A stretch of 64,000 nt of DNA from Gekko japonicus. Lineage: Eukaryota. Below, piece by piece: positions 12,485 to 24,189 of this stretch (positions are counted from its first letter, which is position 1; the number at the start of each line of letters is the position of its first letter). Position numbers and translations under genes: made by a program. The stretch is taken from contig NW_015172564.1 in NCBI RefSeq assembly GCF_001447785.1, positions 920,736-984,735 on the forward strand. The letters run 5' to 3'. The notes beneath the pieces are model-generated. The model was not told the DNA's origin and searched no databases. It saw only the letters and a program-made list of their open reading frames with translations.

Positions 12485-12730
12485 CAGCGAGTCTTAGCAG
12501 GATAAAACAAAGCTTGAGTCCAGTCTGGCACCTTGAAGACCAACCAAGCTTTATTCTGGGTCTAAGCTTTGGTGTGCAGGCACCCTTCTTCAGATACATT
12601 GAAATGGAAGTTGCCAGTCCATCCGTAAAGGGAGAGGGTCTGAGGAAGTGTGCCTGCACACAGAGGCTTAGACCCAGAATAAAACTTGGTTGGTCTTCAA
12701 GATACCCGACTCAAACTTTGTTCTGTTGCT
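12485..12730. mobile_element. Penelope-like inverted-repeat remnant
   Basis: Arms ~12503-12594 and 12639-12725, each with a decayed CTGARGA-A-GTGTGC..GCACAC hammerhead-like core. Confidence 0.7.
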
Positions 12731-12732
12731 TC

Positions 12733-13433
12733 ATTTATTTATTTATTATATTTATACCCCAGCCCATCCTGCGAACAGGCTCAGGGCGGCTAACAAAGCG
12801 GTACAATGTACCTAATTGGCATAACCATAAAAATATTAAAACTACATAAAACACTTATTCATGACAGAAATTAACAAATAGCAGTAAAGTGCTTGCAGTA
12901 CTGAAGACTAGATGGCGTGCTTCCAGATCTAAATCCGCATTGTTCATCTAATCATCATCCCTCGTGCCGATGGGCCTAGCGATACAACTGGGCCAGACCT
13001 AGGATCCAGACGTTCAATAGGATCATTGATGGTAACAGTAGTGGCGGCTCCTATTTAAAGGCCTGGTAGAAGAGCGCCGTCTTACAGGCCCTGCGGAACT
13101 GTAAAAGGTCCCGCAGGGCCCTGATCTCCTTCGGGAACTCGTTCCACCAGTAGGGAGCCGCCACCGAAAATGCTCTGGCCCTGGTCCTGGTAAGCCTTGC
13201 ATCCTTGGGGCCCGGAATAGTCCATCGATGTTTGGCCCCTGACCGTAGTGCTCTCTGGGAAAAGGCGGTCCCTCAGGTAGGTAGGTCCCTGGTCATGTAG
13301 GGCTTTAAAGGTAAGCACCAGCACCTTGAAACGAATCCGGTATGCTATTGGTAGCCAGTGCAGTGACCTAAGCCCTGGCTGGATGTGCTCCCGACGCGGG
13401 AGGTCCATCAGCAGCCTGGCTGCGGCGTTCTTC
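12733..13433 (-). mobile_element. L2-like LINE 3' fragment
   Basis: NAAARLL...LRSLHWLPIAYRIRFKVLVLTFKAL..GPTYLRDRL; (taaa)n tail. Confidence 0.85.
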
Positions 13434-14605
13434 AGATCAACACGGCTGCCCCCACCTGGATCTATCGGCAGGATAAAGGAACTCATTTCTGACCACAGAA
13501 GCCAGCCCCCCCCCCACCGCCTGTCAGCTGCTGAAAAGTGTCTTGTGCTCCCTGCAGCACCTGCTGGACCCACTCCGCGTGTCTTGAAGGCTTGTCGAAG
13601 GAGCCCGTCTCTGCTCAGGCACGGCCGGCCGGGCAGTGGAGAGGGCCCTTGGCAGCGCTCTGCCAGCGCCTCTCAAAACTCCTTAGCAACCAGCTCAACT
13701 GACTGTTCTGGAATCCTGACGCTGCCTGCGGTGGAACTGGCTTTGCAAGAGGCATCGTCTGGAGCTTGCCCGTCATAGCAGTGGCAGGGGCAGCGGCGGT
13801 GGGGAATTCTGGCCTCTGGCTACTTTGTGAGTTCAGCACTCTGCTCCAAGGGGGGAGGGTTTCAGGGTGCCCTCCGGGTTGGGGTGGGTGGGATGGAGGT
13901 TTCCTTCCAGGGGGTCTGGAATGCAGGGCAGAGTGGGTCCTCGTGCAGGGGAGGGGGGATCCTTGTTCCTGCTGCTGCTCCCCAGCGGTGCCTCACCCCT
14001 GGTTTCCCTTTTTCCTCCCCTGAGACAGAAGCCACCTGGGGAGTTGGAGGGGGGAGGAAGAACTGGCGGGTGGGAGAAGGGCACGGAAGCCTTTCCTTGA
14101 CAGTAAGAGCACCCCTTTCTTCTCTGGAGTGCTTTTCCTCCCTTGCTCTGCGCGTTGTGCTTCTTGCTGCCTTTGTGGAACGCTTGTCAACGTCTCGTGT
14201 GAAAGGAGCCCGTAGCTAGACTCCCTGTGCAAATGGGTGTCTTGCAAAGGGAAGCCGTGCTGTGGTTGCGGAACAGCATCCCATGCAGACCAGGGGAGGG
14301 GGGCTTCCCGAGGTCTTGAAACTGCTGTCTTAATGCACATGATGCCAGCAATGTTCTGAGCATCTTACAGAGAGCAGGGTCCCTTCCTGTTTTTATGGGG
14401 CCAACTACTTGCCTCAGGGTCCTTTTGTGGCTGCTGGCCTTTCTGATTTTACTCCTCTTGAGAAATGGATCATGCCCTAGCAAGGGGCTGACCTGCACCA
14501 GTTCTTGTTGTTTTTTTACATTATGAAAAAGTATTTAAATTGCTCCATGGACTGGAATAGAGAATCCTTTTTGAATTTGTTCACAGTAGTGGATGGCACC
14601 CAGCA

Positions 14606-14840
14606 GTTTGGTGTCGTGGTGTTGTGGTTAAGTGCGCGGACTCTAGTGTGGGAGAACCAGGTTTGATTCCCCACTCCTCCACTTGCAGCTGTTGGGGGAC
14701 CTTGGGCAAGCCACTGTTCTGATAAGAGCTGTTCTTGCAAAAGAGCAGGGTGTCTGGTGGGGAAGGGAAGGGAAAGGAGTTTGTAAGCCGCTCTGAGACT
14801 CTTCTGGGTAGTGAAGGGTGGGGTATAAATTCAATCTCTT
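14606..14840 (+). mobile_element. tRNA-derived SINE (Squam3-like)
   Basis: Same family as 776-1030. Confidence 0.8.
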
Positions 14841-15877
14841 TTTTTGTGGGCAAGTGGGAAAGGAGGCTGGTTTGTGGTGGTGGTTGTTTTTAGAGTGATA
14901 TAAATATTAGCAACATAACTGTATTCATGTATGTTTCAAGCAAAAAAAAATTAATCTCTCGTTCCAGGAGATTAAAAATTGTATTCCCCCCCCTCTCTTT
15001 TGCTCATAGTTTGCAATTTAAAAGGTGATTTTTAAAATTATGAACATGGTTAAATTAACACTAATTCCAGACTTTCCTCACTGGTTCTTCTTTGTGGCAG
15101 TTATGTGTATTTTCTGTTGTTTAGCCAGCGCTAATGTGGTTGCTGCTTATGTGCTATTTAACTTCATGCGGTATTTATGAAAAGCAGGAGAGGGGAAGTT
15201 TCATCAGGACGGGTTGTATGAGAAGTTCCCCTTTCCTTTTCCTTTCCCCCCCCCCTTTTGCAGTGTACCAGGGAGTTTTGCTTTGCCTTTGACACACACT
15301 CTCTCTCTTGCACAAGGGGGTGGGGTGACCCCCTGCTGCCTCGAGAGCCCTCCCGGCACACACTTCTGGGCCTAGCACAACATGGCTGCCTATCTGTTGT
15401 CACGGCAACAGGTTTCGCAGGAGACCCCTTCTGTGCCTGCGTGGCTGGTGGAATAAAGGCCCCAGCGAGAGAGAGCCTCCCCTCCGGGTCTCTCCCCTTC
15501 CCTCCCACGCGGGCCAGAGGGCTTGCGGGTACCAGCAGGCAGTTGTGTCGTTGTTTCTCTGAACAGTCCGGGGCGTCAGAAGGGCAGCTGGGAGCCTCTT
15601 GCAGCGCCTGATGGACCGGCCCTTGCTTGAACCACTGCAGGGGCCAGGGGCACAGCCAGGACTGGCTTTCGGGCCAGTGCAGGGCCACGTTGTGTCTCTG
15701 CTTAGCTGCTCAGGCGCCCGTGAGCCGAGGTTAAAGATCTGTCTGGAGAAACATTAATATGGAGGGAGGGAGGGGACTTTACCTGAAGAACAAGAGGAGG
15801 CCGTTCTCAGGTGGATCAGCCAGACAGCTGAGCAAGCGCCTGACCTTGTGGCTTTCTCCGTTCTGTTCCCTCCTCAG

Positions 15878-15949
15878 GATTTCTCTCCCGTCTGCTTTTG
15901 AGCCGAGCAAGTGGTGAGCTGAGCGGCACCATGAACTTCCCAGGGCAAG
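15878..15949 (+). other. TPST2: Probable 72-nt 5'UTR exon of TPST2 (contains a uATG)
   Basis: Strong acceptor tttctccgttctgttccctcctcag| and donor CAAG|gtgagc, lying between the CpG-island exon and the first coding exon. Confidence 0.6.
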
Positions 15950-16851
15950 GTGAGCATCACCCTAATGACTTCTTCTGACATATATTGGCAGTAGTGGGTT
16001 CATGAATACTTGATGCTCTTGCATTTCTGCTCGNNNNNNNNNNNNNNNNNNNNNNNNNNNNNNNNNNNNNNNNNNNNNNNNNNNNNNNNNNNNNNNNNNN
16101 NNNGGCGAACGGCCCGGTGGTGTGAACTGGGGGGGGGGGGGCGGGGGGGCTTGCTGGTGGTGTCCTTGACCCCAAGGATGGGATTTGCAGTGGCTCGAAT
16201 TGGTCTGGATTCCCACCTGCGGCTGCCCTGCACACTGTGTGCTGGACTCGCCTTTGGCAATGCCTTCATGTGTCCCGTCCCCCCCACACACTCTAAAAGC
16301 TTTTTTAATGGGCCGTGTGCCCTCCCCATGCAGTTGAAGTGATCCGCATAGTGCGGCCATTTCACATTAAAGCAGCAGTCCCCAGTTTGAGTCAGTCCTC
16401 AGTCTGATGGACTTTTTGATTCTCTGGGCCATCCGTGGGCAGGTCCCAATCCTGAAGGCTTTCTTACCTCCGGGTAGGGTGCTATCCCTGTGAGCTGCAA
16501 AGCACGCAGCAAACCTCTCTGAAGGGCTGCTTTTAACGTCTTTAGCTTTCCGCTTGCATCTTGCTTGACTCAGGGAAGCAAACTGCTCTTGGGTGTGAAG
16601 GCAGCATTTTTTTAAAAAGCCAGAATATCCTGTGAAGTGAGATGGAGTTCCTAGAGAACCAGTGCGTGTGTTTGGATCAAGTGGTTGAGAATCCTGGCTC
16701 TGTACCTGTGTGCTGGATGCAGACAACAGTTAGCTCTGTATATTCTGAGGACCTGTTCTGCACAAGTACAGAAAACTGCACAGTTTTGCATGGGACATTA
16801 AAAACAGCTTTATGCTTGAAAAACTGGCCATTCAGGCCCATCTTTGCAGCC

Positions 16852-17150
16852 CAGTTTGGTGTCGTGGTTAAGTGCGCGGACTTTAATCTGGGAGAACCGG
16901 GTTTGATTCCTCACTCCTCCACTCGCACCTGGCTGGATGACCTTGGGCAAGCCGTAGTTCTGATAAGAGCGGCTCTTCAAGCGGTTCTTGGAAAAAGAGC
17001 AGTTTCTGCCAGAGCTCTCTCAGCCCCACCCACCTCACAGGGTGTCTCTTGTGGGAGGGGAAGGGAAAGGGGATTGTAAACCGCTCTGAGACACCTTTGG
17101 GTAGTGAAGGGCGGGGTTTAAGTCCAATCTCTTCTCTTCTTCTTCTCTTC
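16852..17150 (+). mobile_element. tRNA-derived SINE (Squam3-like)
   Basis: Full-length copy with tail. Confidence 0.85.
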
Positions 17151-17523
17151 TAAGGTGCAGGAATCGTGCTTCCGCTGGGGCGTGCAGTAGGATTTTCAAG
17201 GACATGAGCTCCAAAGTGCAATCCTAAACAGAGTTGCCTAACCCTGTAGACTGCAATGAGCTCGGAAGGGCCTGATTTTGCTTTGAATTGACTCCTTGCA
17301 CCACCATGTCTAAGGCAGCGGAAGTACCTTCTTGCAGGCTCTGGAGAGGAGCAGATTAAAAATGGGTGCATCATGTCACTGCTGCAGGCTGCATACTTTC
17401 TGACTCTGCCTTGAGTTGTTGGCTTTGTCTTGGCAGATCGTCTCTGGCTCGGCCTCTTCTTGTCCGGAAGCTGAAAGCGGAGCAGACGCCACGTGTTCCT
17501 GGGCCCATGTGGATGGGGAGAGG

Positions 17524-18365
17524 ATGCGGGTGACCATGAAGCGGGTGCTGCTGGGGGTGGGCTTTGCCATCGCCCTGATGGTGTCCGCACACCTGGGCCA
17601 GCAGATGCTCCAGTGCCAGCAGATCCTGGGCCAGGGCTCCGGCCAGCGGGGCCTGATGCGGCCGGAGAACGAGGAGCTGGTGATGTTGGACGCCAACCGA
17701 GTCGAGTACCGGTACAGCAAAGAGATGCCCCTGATTTTCATCGGCGGGGTCCCTCGGAGCGGGACCACGCTGATGCGGGCCATGCTGGACGCTCACCCGG
17801 AGGTGCGCTGCGGGGAGGAGACCCGCATCATCCCGCGCGTGCTGGCCATGCGGCAGGCCTGGTCCAAATCCGGGCGGGAGAAGATGCGCTTGGACGAAGC
17901 TGGGGTGACGGACCAAGTCTTGGACGCTGCCATGCAGGCCTTCATCCTGGAGGTGATCGCCAAGCACGGGGAGCCGGCCAGGTACCTCTGCAACAAGGAT
18001 CCCTTCACGCTCAAGTCCTCCGTCTACCTGTCTCGCCTGTTCCCCAACTCCAAATTCCTCCTGATGGTGCGTGACGGCCGGGCCTCCGTCCATTCCATGA
18101 TCACCAGGAAGGTCACCATTGCCGGCTTTGACCTCAGCAGTTACCGGGACTGCTTAATGAAGTGGAACAAGGCCATCGAAGTGATGTACAACCAGTGCTT
18201 GGAGATTGGCCGCGCACGCTGCCTCCCCGTCTACTATGAGCAGCTGGTGCTGCATCCCCAGAAGTCCATGCGGGACATCATGGAGTTCCTGGACATCGCC
18301 TGGAGCGATGCCGTCCTGCACCACGAAGAGCTGATTGGGAAGCCCGGAGGCGTCTCCCTTTCCAA
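17524..18365 (+). CDS. TPST2: TPST2 coding exon 1 (exon acceptor at 17437)
   Basis: [10 protein letters not shown]...GGVSLSK; donor AA|gtgagt. Confidence 0.96.
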
Positions 18366-21260
18366 GTGAGTGCCTGTGCGCACGCGCTCTTTCGGCTCCT
18401 CCCTCTGTGCACGGTGGTGGGGTGGAGACTAGCTCAGGGTAGTGGAGGCAAGGACACCTGCAGGGGGGCTACCAACAGGGTTGTGAGGGTAGGGGTGGGG
18501 GTCCCGTTAGTTCTGGCAGTCCACAAGGAAAGCAGACCGAGGACTAAGAACTTCCCAGAGTAGCCGCTAGCAGCACAGGCATCTAAAGACGACACCAGGC
18601 TGCACCTTGGACAGGGCTGCCCTCTCCGCATCACAGGCTGGAGCAACGAAGGTGCCACGGATACACCTGCACGTCACACGTACCTCCTCGCCGGGCAGTG
18701 CTCCCCAAAGGGAGGCTGCAGTGGAGAAGCAGAGCGTTGCCAGCAACTAGGAACCATGGCTGGCTGCCGTGGCCAGCTCGCATTTGAATCTGAGGGAGGC
18801 ATGCCGTCGTCTCCGGCAAGCAGGGTTGGCGAAGCTTTGGGGGAGAGCTTCGGCAGTGTGCCACAGCCAGTGGGAACAGAGGTCACAGTGGAGCCCGAGG
18901 CATGAATCCGTCTAATGAGTGGCCTTAAACTGTTGTCGGTACCCAGACTTGGATGGTTTTGAAAAACAGGCTCAAATGTGTGGCAGAGAGGCCCAGAGGC
19001 GACGTCAGCCTTGGCCATCCGATGGAGCCTCCGTGTCCAGCAGCAGCAGTGGCCCTCTAAAGGGGCCAACAACAGGAGGAGTCCGTTACCCGCACGCCCT
19101 GCTCGGAGGCTCCTGGGTGGCCAGTCTTGGGAGGGGGAGGGGCTGGGTTGTCCCACTCTGTCAGGTGGATTTAGTGGCATGGTGGGGGTGGGACCCGTGT
19201 AAGAATGAACTGCCTATCTTGAAAAACAACTCCATGCTCCTGCCCCCTCCATAGTGTAAGCCACAACTGTTTCCCATCAGTTAACACCAAGGAAATCTGT
19301 AAGGTCCCCCCCCCCCCTTTAGCATTCAGAAAGATAGAGCAGGACTGAACAGCAGGCTGTCCTTCAAGGCTGTTTGGATCCTCCTGCCTCCCAGCCTCCC
19401 AGAACTTCTCCTCCCAGCTCAGCCTGTTCCTCCCCCACCCCCCACCCGAGTCAGGGCCTTCAGCTGGAGAAAGACGGACAGGTTTTGATATATGCTATAA
19501 AGACCAGCAGGGGCCAAGGGGAGGCGAGAGGGAGATGTGGTGATGATGGCTCGTGTGTCTGCCCTTGGGGGGGTGGGGGAGCGTGGGAAAGGGGCCTCTG
19601 GTGGGAACCTGACTCTCCCCCCCCCCCAAATCTCTGTGCAGGATTGAGCGATCCACAGACCAGGTGATCAAGCCCGTGAACACAGAGGCCTTGACCCGTT
19701 GGCTGGGGCACATTCCGGGGGACGTGCTGCAGGACATGGCCCACATCGCCCCGATGCTGACCAGGCTGGGCTACGACCCCTATGCCAACCCCCCCAGCTA
19801 TGGGCAGCCAGACCCCCTGGTGATCAACAACACCCACAGGGTGAGTGCCGCGGCAGATGGCGGCTCTGACGGGGACAGGCTCCAAGGCCTGGTCTTGGAA
19901 TCACGTTAACTCTCTGGTTGGAACAGATGACATTTCTTGCCACAGTCCAGTGCCTCCTTGAGTCCTCTTTTTATTGACAACAGACTACAGCAAATAGAGC
20001 TTATTGTTCAGAGGAGGAAGTCATCTTGCTGGGCCTTAGCCAGCAGGAAAAGTTCTTGGCAATGTGTACTTTTCAGGTGGCCACGTCTGGTGGAAGTGAA
20101 GCTGGCGGCACAGAGGGGCTCTTCTTCATCAGCCAGGCCTTAGACGCCTGCCGGCTTGTTTGCTCGAGAGGTGCTCCAGTCCCGCTGGCACACACCCCTG
20201 GGGAGGCAGGGGGACGAGGGTGCCCGTCTCCCTCAGAGCGCTGCCATCCTTTGTGCCAGCGTGGGGGACACTCTTCCACAGCGTGGCAACATCTCCCCAT
20301 TTAAGCAGGATAATTCTGTGTTTAATTGCGATCAAACCGTAATCGGTTAGTTGCAGTACTTTGGTGAATTAAATGTTGGTTAGGATCCCACTTCCGTTCA
20401 GAAGGTCCATTTATGAGCATTGCTGGTAAGTCAGGATAGCGAGCTGTCTAATTGCAAAGACCTTTCCCTTCTGATGGTCACATCTGGAAAGGAAGCGTCC
20501 TTTGGGCTGCAGAGGTTGGGAGGCGGCAGATCAGCAGAGCAAAGGGGTCTCTCTTGTGTGTGGTGGTGGGGGGGGGCGCTTGGCCTTCTTGACCCTCCTT
20601 TTTCGTTCCTCACACAGGTTCTAAAAGGGGACTTTAAAACACCTGCCAATCTGAAAGGACAATTTCAGGTGAGGTTTCTTGCGTTTCCCTGTTTGCTGCC
20701 TCCTTCTTTGAGCTTTTTCTCTCCCTCCCCCCTCCCGGTGAGGATGCCTCCTCAGGGTGAATTTTGCTCCCACTCTTCTTTGGTGAGCTTTCTGGTCAAG
20801 GTGTGGCCCAGGGGTTATATCTAAATCCCACATACACATTTTGTAGGTGCCAGTGACTTCTAGGAAAGCATGTGTGAGGCCAAGGATACCGAAGGGCCCC
20901 CTAGCAGGACTTGTAAAGCAAATTGTGCCACACTTCCAGGGATGAAGAGGGGCTGTGGCTGGGAGCGGGGTGTGTGCATTGCCTGCATGGCCCCAGCTGA
21001 AGGCTCCCAGGCAGCCAGGGTGGGAATGGCTTGTCTCCGCCGAATGTCAGTCAGAGGAGAGAGACCTGAGCCAGGGGAGCCGGTGGGTGGGCAGGAGGGC
21101 GATAAGGCGGCTTCCAAGGTTTGTGTCTTCCGGTTTCCTTTTCTGGCCCAGTTCAGAAGGGCAGAATGCCAAACCTAAGAGGACTACTGATAATTATTTT
21201 GTTTTGGGGTTTTTTTTTGGGCTTTTCCAGGGGACTCAGAATACTACTGCTTTTCACTGA
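17524..21260 (+). CDS. TPST2: Protein-tyrosine sulfotransferase 2, spliced CDS join(17524..18365,19642..19840,20618..20668,21231..21260), 373 aa
   Basis: N-terminal type II TM segment ([18 protein letters not shown]), 5'-PSB motif [12 protein letters not shown], 3'-PB region [22 protein letters not shown]. All introns GT-AG and in phase. Neighbour of TFIP11 as in other amniotes. Confidence 0.96.
19642..19840 (+). CDS. TPST2: TPST2 coding exon 2
   Basis: tgcag|G ATT GAG CGA ([10 protein letters not shown]...NNTHR)|gtgagt. Confidence 0.95.
20618..20668 (+). CDS. TPST2: TPST2 coding exon 3
   Basis: acag|[17 protein letters not shown]|gtgagg. Confidence 0.93.
21231..21260 (+). CDS. TPST2: TPST2 coding exon 4 (exon continues to 21279)
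   Basis: ttccag|GTQNTTAFH*; donor CAG|gtaggt 19 nt after the stop. Confidence 0.85.
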   Translation, partial: GTQNTTAFH

Positions 21261-21610
21261 TGAAGCCGGGGACTTCCAGGTAGGTACCTGAGCCGCTGGC
21301 AAACCCTGCCCCTTCCTTCTCCTGCCACGGTGGCTGCCTGGTGTCTGGCTGATAAGCTGGGTCACCTCCTGCATCATGTAGGCGGGGTCTGGGGTGACTG
21401 CCTCTTAGGCACCTGATAACACAGCAGCGGCCTTGCTCTGCCGTATCTGGGCCTGTGGTGCTTCAAGGCGGAGTGGCTGATGTTTCCCAGGAAGGATTTC
21501 TTGCCTCCCTGAGCTCTTCAGCTGCTAAATTCTTTCTTGTGCTCCTCCGTGCCCACTTTTATGTCTGAAAGCCTGTCCTCTAACCTGAGCAGAGACCGGT
21601 GTGTGTGGGG

Positions 21611-21611
<1 letters not shown>

Positions 21612-21641
<30 letters not shown>
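21612..21641 (+). repeat. (CA)n microsatellite
   Basis: About 14-15 CA units. Confidence 0.9.
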
Positions 21642-21643
<2 letters not shown>

Positions 21644-21711
21644 TAATTAAATGCTTAATTAAATGAATGCACCTTCTTTGCAGAAGTAACTTTGACTTTC
21701 TCCCCACTCAG

Positions 21712-22140
21712 GTGCCAGTTACTTGTGGTTGTGCTGAAGATACGGAAATTTGCAAATAGCAAACGTGGAACTCTGTTATCCAAGCATATTGCTTGCTACT
21801 GACATTGCCAAATGGAGCGTTTTCTGTCAGGCATTTTTGCATTTATTTGCAAACTTTGGACATTTTGGACTCCCAAGTCTGTCTATGTTGTTTGGATGCT
21901 CTGTGGTCAAAGGCGAAATCTGTGGAAACAAGAGAGCTTGAGGCCTGCTGGGGAACATTTTATACTTGTGGGCTGGAGACCTTTTCTCAGGCTCCATCTA
22001 AGTGTCTTGCAACTTTGGTTCATCTCAGATAACTGTTATTTTAACCCTGTTAGAGTGCTCGTCTTACAGGTGACAATCTGAAACTTGCTGCCCGTCACTT
22101 TTATTTGTAATTTACAAAAAAATTAAAAATTAATATATGA
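21712..22140 (+). other. TPST2: TPST2 terminal non-coding 3'UTR exon
   Basis: Acceptor ctttctccccactcag| at 21711; U-rich sequence; ATTAAA at 22122-22127. Confidence 0.6.
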
Positions 22141-22192
22141 GGCTCTCTTCCTTCACATCTTGCCTAGTTTTATTAGACGTAAATGGTTACTA

Positions 22193-22360
22193 ATGGTCCC
22201 AGGTTCAATCCCCCGTATCTCCAGTTAAAAGAACTGGCAGTAGACCTTGTGAAGGACCTCTGCCTGTGACCCTGGAAAGCTGCCTCCAGTCCGAGTAGAC
22301 AACCCTGACTTTGACGGTCCAAGGGTCTGATTCAGTAGAAGGCAGCTTCATCTGTTCATG
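22193..22360 (+). mobile_element. Second tRNA-derived SINE family (related reverse copies at ~10795-10977 and 55975-56048)
   Basis: B-box ggtcccaggttcaatcccc; 3' end ggtctgattcagtagaaggcagcttc. Confidence 0.6.
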
Positions 22361-22472
22361 GGTTTCGATACACCCCACCCCCAATCCCTTTGGCAGGTGT
22401 AACTATAGCTATATCCTCACAGGGGTGGGGAAAATGCTCTCTACTGTGAAAATGTTCTCTGCATATTCTACA

Positions 22473-23280
22473 GAGAATCATAGAGTTGGAAGGGACCTCC
22501 AGGGTCATCTAGTCCCAACTCCCTGCGCAATGCAGGAAATTCACAAATACCTCTCTCTCCACTAGGGTTACCAAGTACCTACCTACGAATCGGCGGGGGA
22601 CACATGCTTCCCCGCCGGAACATTCTTGCATGTAACATGGCCGCATCGCACTATCCTGTCGCCCAGACGTGACGTAAGCACGCTGGGCATGTAGCTGGGC
22701 GACACTCTGGCAATGGGGCTGGAAACTCGATGGTACCATCGAGTTTTCAGCCCCATTGCCAGAGCATCGCCTGGCTACATGCCCACGTCATGTCTGGGTG
22801 ACAGGATAGTGCAGCGCCTGTGTTTTCCCCGGGGGAATGTTCCCGGCAAGAACTATAAGTCCCCCGTCGATTTGCGGTAAGTACTTGGTAGCCCTACTCT
22901 CCACACCCACAGTGACTGCTGTTCCACGCCCAGAAGATGACAACAAACCTCCAGGATTGCTTCCTGACCCCAAAGTGGCAATCAGCATTTCCCTGGGCAT
23001 GTAAGAAAGGGCCACAAGAACTAAGCACTGATGCAGCCCTTCCTGCCCTCCCTCTCATGATCTGCCTAAGTTCATACAATAAGCATTGCTGTCAGATGGC
23101 TGTCTAGCCTCTGTTTGAAAACCTCCAAAGAAGGAGAGCCCACCACCTCCCGAGGAAGCCTGTTCCACAGAGGGACCGCTCTGTCTGGAAGTTCTTCCTA
23201 ATGTGTAGCCGAAAACTCTTCTGATTTAATTCCAACCCGTTGGTTCAGGTCTGACCTTCTGGGGCAACAGAAAACAACTC
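22473..23280 (-). mobile_element. CR1 LINE 3' fragment interrupted by a palindromic MITE
   Basis: agaatcatagagttggaagggacctccagggtcatctagt...aaaacctccaaagaaggagagcccaccacctcccg. Confidence 0.75.
22563..22896. mobile_element. Palindromic non-autonomous hAT-type MITE
   Basis: TIR tagggttaccaagtac / gtacttggtagcccta; perfect 8-bp TSD ctctccac; dyad centre ggtacc at 22732-22737. Confidence 0.88.
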
Positions 23281-23569
23281 CACATGTACATGTGCATCCT
23301 CATCCAGCTGTATGGAGTTTCTGGCTGGGTGTCTCCAGTATGCAGATGACACCCAGCTGTATCTGTTGAGGTGCGGCTAGCCGAATACTGCCCCAGATAT
23401 CTTGGCCTAGGGTTTGGAGGCTGTGGTTGGTTGGTTGAAACAGAGCATCCATCTAAGGCAGAGGTTCTGTGGCTGGGCCAGGGAGATTTGGGGTTGGGGT
23501 GTCCACTCCCGGCTCTTGAGTACGTGCCCTTAAAACCAGTGCCAACTCTGCGTGTGGTGGTGGTGGGGG

Positions 23570-24185
23570 ATTGGATTTATACCCCGCCCTTCACTACCCA
23601 AAGAAGTCTCAGAGTGGCTTACATAAGAGAAGAAGAAGAGAAGAGATACCCTGCCCTTCACTCAGAGTCTCAGAGTGTCTTACAATCTCCTTTCCCTTCC
23701 CCTTCCCACAACAGACACCCTGTGAGGTAGGTGGGGCTGAGAGAGCTCTTTCCAGAACTGTCCTTGAGAGAACTATGGCTTGCCCAAGGGCATCCAGCAG
23801 CTGTGGGAGAATCAAACCCGGTTCTCCAGATTAGAGTCAAGAGAAGCCAATGTTGGATCAGGCCAATGGCCCATTCAGTCCAACACTCTGTCACACAGTG
23901 GCCAAAAATACCAGATGCCATCAGGAGGTCCAGCAGTGGGGCCAGGACACTAGGAGCCCTCCCACTGTTGCCCCACAAACACCAATCTCCTTTCCCTTCC
24001 GCTCCCCACAACAGACACCCTGTGAGGTAGGTGGGGCTGAGAGAGAACTGCCTTTGAGAGAAATCTCTGAAATAACTTGTGACTCACCCAAGGTCACACC
24101 AGCAGCTGCATGTGGAGGAGTGGGGAAATCAAACCTGGTTCTCCCAGATTAGAGTCTGTGCTCCTAACCACTACACCAAACTGGC
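23570..24185 (-). mobile_element. Cluster of Squam3-like SINE copies with an intervening CR1 tail (23840-23975)
   Basis: Repeated cccacaacagacaccctgtgaggtaggtggggctgagaga. Confidence 0.75.
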
Positions 24186-24189
24186 CAGA

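Noticed and set aside
17371-18093. Antisense and alternate-frame ORFs over the TPST2 exon (similar ones over TFIP11 exons)
   Set aside because: Expected shadow ORFs of high-GC3 coding sequence.
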